From positions 19,079,432 through 19,143,431 of the forward strand of contig NC_092679.1 in the NCBI RefSeq assembly GCF_964355755.1: DNA of 64,000 nt, read 5' to 3'. The DNA comes from Antedon mediterranea (Eukaryota > Animalia > Echinodermata). This document shows positions 60,719 through 64,000 of this stretch, in pieces; position 1 is the first letter of the stretch; every line of letters starts with the position of its first letter. The notes beneath the pieces are model-generated. The model worked only from the letters and a program-made list of their open reading frames with translations. It had not been told where the DNA came from and made no database searches. The position numbers and the translations under genes are program-made.

Positions 60719-61410
60719 TTAACCAAGATCGACTAAACATAATATATAACTTTTTTTTCTTCTGCAATTTTCCTCCGAGCCGCGAAGTTTGCAAGCGGCC
60801 TAAAAACTAAATTGCACTGTAAGCTGGTGAGCTGGTTGAATTGTTAATTTTGTACACAATATGAGATGGTTCTTCCGTTTTGGAAAGGAACCAATACATT
60901 GATTAAATTCAATTCAAATTCAAAAAAACATTTATTTCTTTCATAATCATATTTGATTAATGTTTGATAATTGTGTTTTGTTCCCTTAGTTTTCTTGGCG
61001 TTAGTAATTTTCTGATCTCAAATGGTTTTTTTTTCGTCACCCGTAGTTAATGGTAAATTAATCGAATCAAGTTGATTTCTTTGACAGACTTATTTATTCT
61101 ATCAATTGGTAAATTTACTTTATGAATAATACTCACATGAGTCAACTATAACGTTATCTTGCCATTATTGTGTCATCATTATTTTCAATATTTAATATAT
61201 TTTCATCTTGATAACATGGTTAGGCCTACTTTATTATCGGTACAATCATTGTTTGTTTTTATCTTATCTTTCATTTATCACGTTGTAAAGACTAGGGTCC
61301 GGTTCCGTATGAAACCCAGTTGTATCAGTGGGAGAAAAGTGTCACTGTCTCGGTGTCGAACTGATTCGCTTCATAAGCCTAACTTGTACCTAGGTCTATA
61401 TGGCATACTT

Positions 61411-63822
61411 CTACATAAACCCTCTTGATTGATGAATGTCTCTCGCTATGTCAATCGATTTAAATGACTGTAAAATATAAAAAACATTCACTATTATTGT
61501 AAATGTAAATGGGGGAATAACCTGCGACTTTCAGCCTAACTGGGCTGAATTGTGCACATGTGTGGACACATACCATAACTTTCTACTCCCCTAAAGCTTG
61601 GTTCCCACTAGCACTCAACGCAAGGGCGTAAGCCACAACGCAAGCGAATTTACCAATCCAAGCAATATATCATTCGAACCGTTCCTTGTGGTTCGCTTGC
61701 GTTGTGGCTTACGTCCTTGCGTTGCATTCTAGTGGGAAACAAGCTTAAGAGAGTCCCTTCGTGTGGAGTACTGCCACCAACCTAACGGCGCCCGTTCGTC
61801 TGGTCCACAATAAGTTACCTATGCATCAAAATGAGATCCCTTGTTCCTCCACTCAAAACTGAATTTTAACTCTCCTCCAACCCTCTTTCCAACTATCAAC
61901 AAAGTTCAGTTCATCGCTCGACCTTCCCAAGATAAAGAGTCATCCATATACCTGGTAATTATTCAAGCAGCTTGTTTCTTGTTGACAAAGTGATGGAAGA
62001 ACGAAATACTTGGATACGTCATCCAGTTGTTTCATATTGTAATACCCTCCGGTTTCCACTATATCCACTAAATACATAAATAAGTTCAGCATTAAATTAA
62101 GTTTTCAGGTTTTTATACATGTTGCTCAAGTACGGGGCGCCATTCAGTGCATCATACTGAGACAACTACTACGTCATAGGCCTATATTATAAGTATAGTA
62201 ACCTAAAGCTCTGTCTACACTTTAAAACTGTATGTGACCAAAAAATGTCATGTGCCCATATATGTACATGGTAATGTCATATCACTACCATATTTGGGTA
62301 TATCACTACCATATTTGGGCACATCACACTTTTTTTCAAAAGTTTGATAGTGTAGACAGTGCTTATAAATTAACGATATTTAGGTATACAGCATATGAGT
62401 AGACCTATACGCACATGTAGTTGCAGGTAATTGAATGTGTTTGCCTTTGAAACTAAAAAGAAACGGTATACATTCGTCTTCGCTGACCGTCACTGAGGCT
62501 TGTCCATCATTTTGCGAAGTTTTCATATCAAAGCACCAAGTATTGCTTTTTAAATTGTGCGGATAAACCGCCTGATTACAGAGCTTGCTGTTATCTGTGG
62601 AGAATTAAGTGGATACAATTTTAACAAGCCTAGGCGATGTGTAACAAACGTGGCTCCTCATATTCGGCAACAGTAATCGATTTTTATTATAACCTTGTTT
62701 TGCTTGAACCGGCTTCATTATGCCCTCTAAAGCTCTGTCCGTCTATACTATATACTATCAAACGTTAGCGAAAAAAATGTGATATGCCCGGATTTAGAAA
62801 CGATGACGTCATATCACTACCATATTTGGCCACATCACACTTTTTTCGTCAAAATATATTGATATTTTGACAGAGCTCAAGACGACTCTCACCTGGAACG
62901 CACTTATTCGGCATTTTCGATCCAGCTTGAATTGACGATTTTGTACACGTTTGGGCCTCATAATCGATGGTCCATACATCATTCTGATATCAAATATTAA
63001 ATAAAGAGACAGGTTAACTGAGAACTTATTTGAACTATGTCATATCGCCGGATCACGGTGAAATACGCATACTTTAAAGGCATATCTACACGAGACCTAT
63101 CAAACTTAATGTCACAACAAAATGTGAACATGATGATGACCATATCACAACCATATTTTTGCACATCACACTTTTTTTGTCAAACTAGTTTGATAGTGTA
63201 GACAAGCCTTATAACCCTACATTTTTGTAGTCCTCAATCACCAAAGTATGGGTCCTACTGTCATCTATGTAACCAGTTGTGTTGTAAAACATTCGAGATT
63301 GCTTAAAATCGGCTACAATCGTCACAACTTGTGATAGAGTTCCAAAGTTTTGGTAGTCCTGCTCTATGTGGTACCCAATTAAAGTGCCTTAAAACGAATT
63401 TGTAAGAAACAAAAAATTTAATAATAAATGTTAAAACTGCCTCATTATAATTTATTAAAACACGAAATGGTGTGGACATGCACATCCTGATGATGGGCTA
63501 TGCTGCCCTAAACATGTCGTGTTAATCAATTTTAAGACAGTTTTAATATAGGCCTACCTGTATTTGATTGTTACTATCTACCCTGTCTAGGCTTATGCAG
63601 CTTCTTGATTTAGGCTATATACCGGTATTTAATCGTTATTTACGGTCCTATACTTAATGATCATTGTTTGTATCATGTAGGCCTGGTAGCGGCTACTCTG
63701 TACTTACCCATGTCAACCATAAACATATCGTTCTTCATGCAACATTTTGAGGGTTGTGGCTGTTGAGTGTTACAAATGACCAAAAAGTAAAGAAAGAGCC
63801 CAAAAATACTTATGAGATGCAT
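61411..63822 (-). CDS. Ependymin-related secreted protein 4
   Basis: Exons 63708-63822, 63221-63387, 62893-62983, 62415-62594, 61952-62067, 61411-61467. Signal peptide + SKCC, TCTK, KCVPDNS, TVSEDECIP, YFVLPSLC. Confidence 0.82.
61595..61745. mobile_element. Harbinger-type MITE family 2, hairpin copy (TAA TSD)
   Basis: TAA-AGCTTGGTTCCCACTAG...CGCAAGCGAA / TTCGCTTGCG...CTAGTGGGAAACAAGCT-TAA, with ~55-bp arms. Confidence 0.82.
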
Positions 63823-64000
63823 GTTTGATTTTAGCTCTTGTCTTTGTTCTACGTTTGGTTTCTGTCTTGTTCTTTCCATTATTTATCTATCGCTAATCTA
63901 CCCATGTAGGGTTCTATGATAAACAGTTGAATGATAGTTTCAATTACATTAGGGTCCTTGTGATATTAATCATTTTAGTGACGCCGTTTTAATCCTCAGA

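Overview
AT-rich, intron-containing animal DNA, probably a marine invertebrate (an echinoderm is my inference from the ependymin expansion). Genes assembled by hand from exons, left to right: a TMEM179-like tandem family (3' end of copy 1, orphan exons 4-5 of copy 2, complete copy 3), three RDH11/12/13-like short-chain dehydrogenases (one pseudogene, two intact), PPP2R3C, a selenocysteine GPx1/2-type glutathione peroxidase with a SECIS element, an intronless cGAS-like receptor (Mab21/cGLR) and four ependymin-related genes. The dominant non-coding structure is a 12.1-kb non-coding Foldback-like element (15312-27409, 9-bp TSD) in RDH intron 1. Its inverted arms are arrays of ~194-bp monomers that each carry an internal inverted repeat, and the left arm contains a 13-mer higher-order repeat. 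Comparing paralogs also reveals many putative DNA-transposon excision footprints: TA-GGCC-TA, TA-GCC-TA and TA-CGG-TA, plus 18-31-bp CA..TG hairpins with 7-bp TSDs. Several truncated LINEs, MITE families and SINEs are present. All coordinates were read manually and may be off by a few bases.
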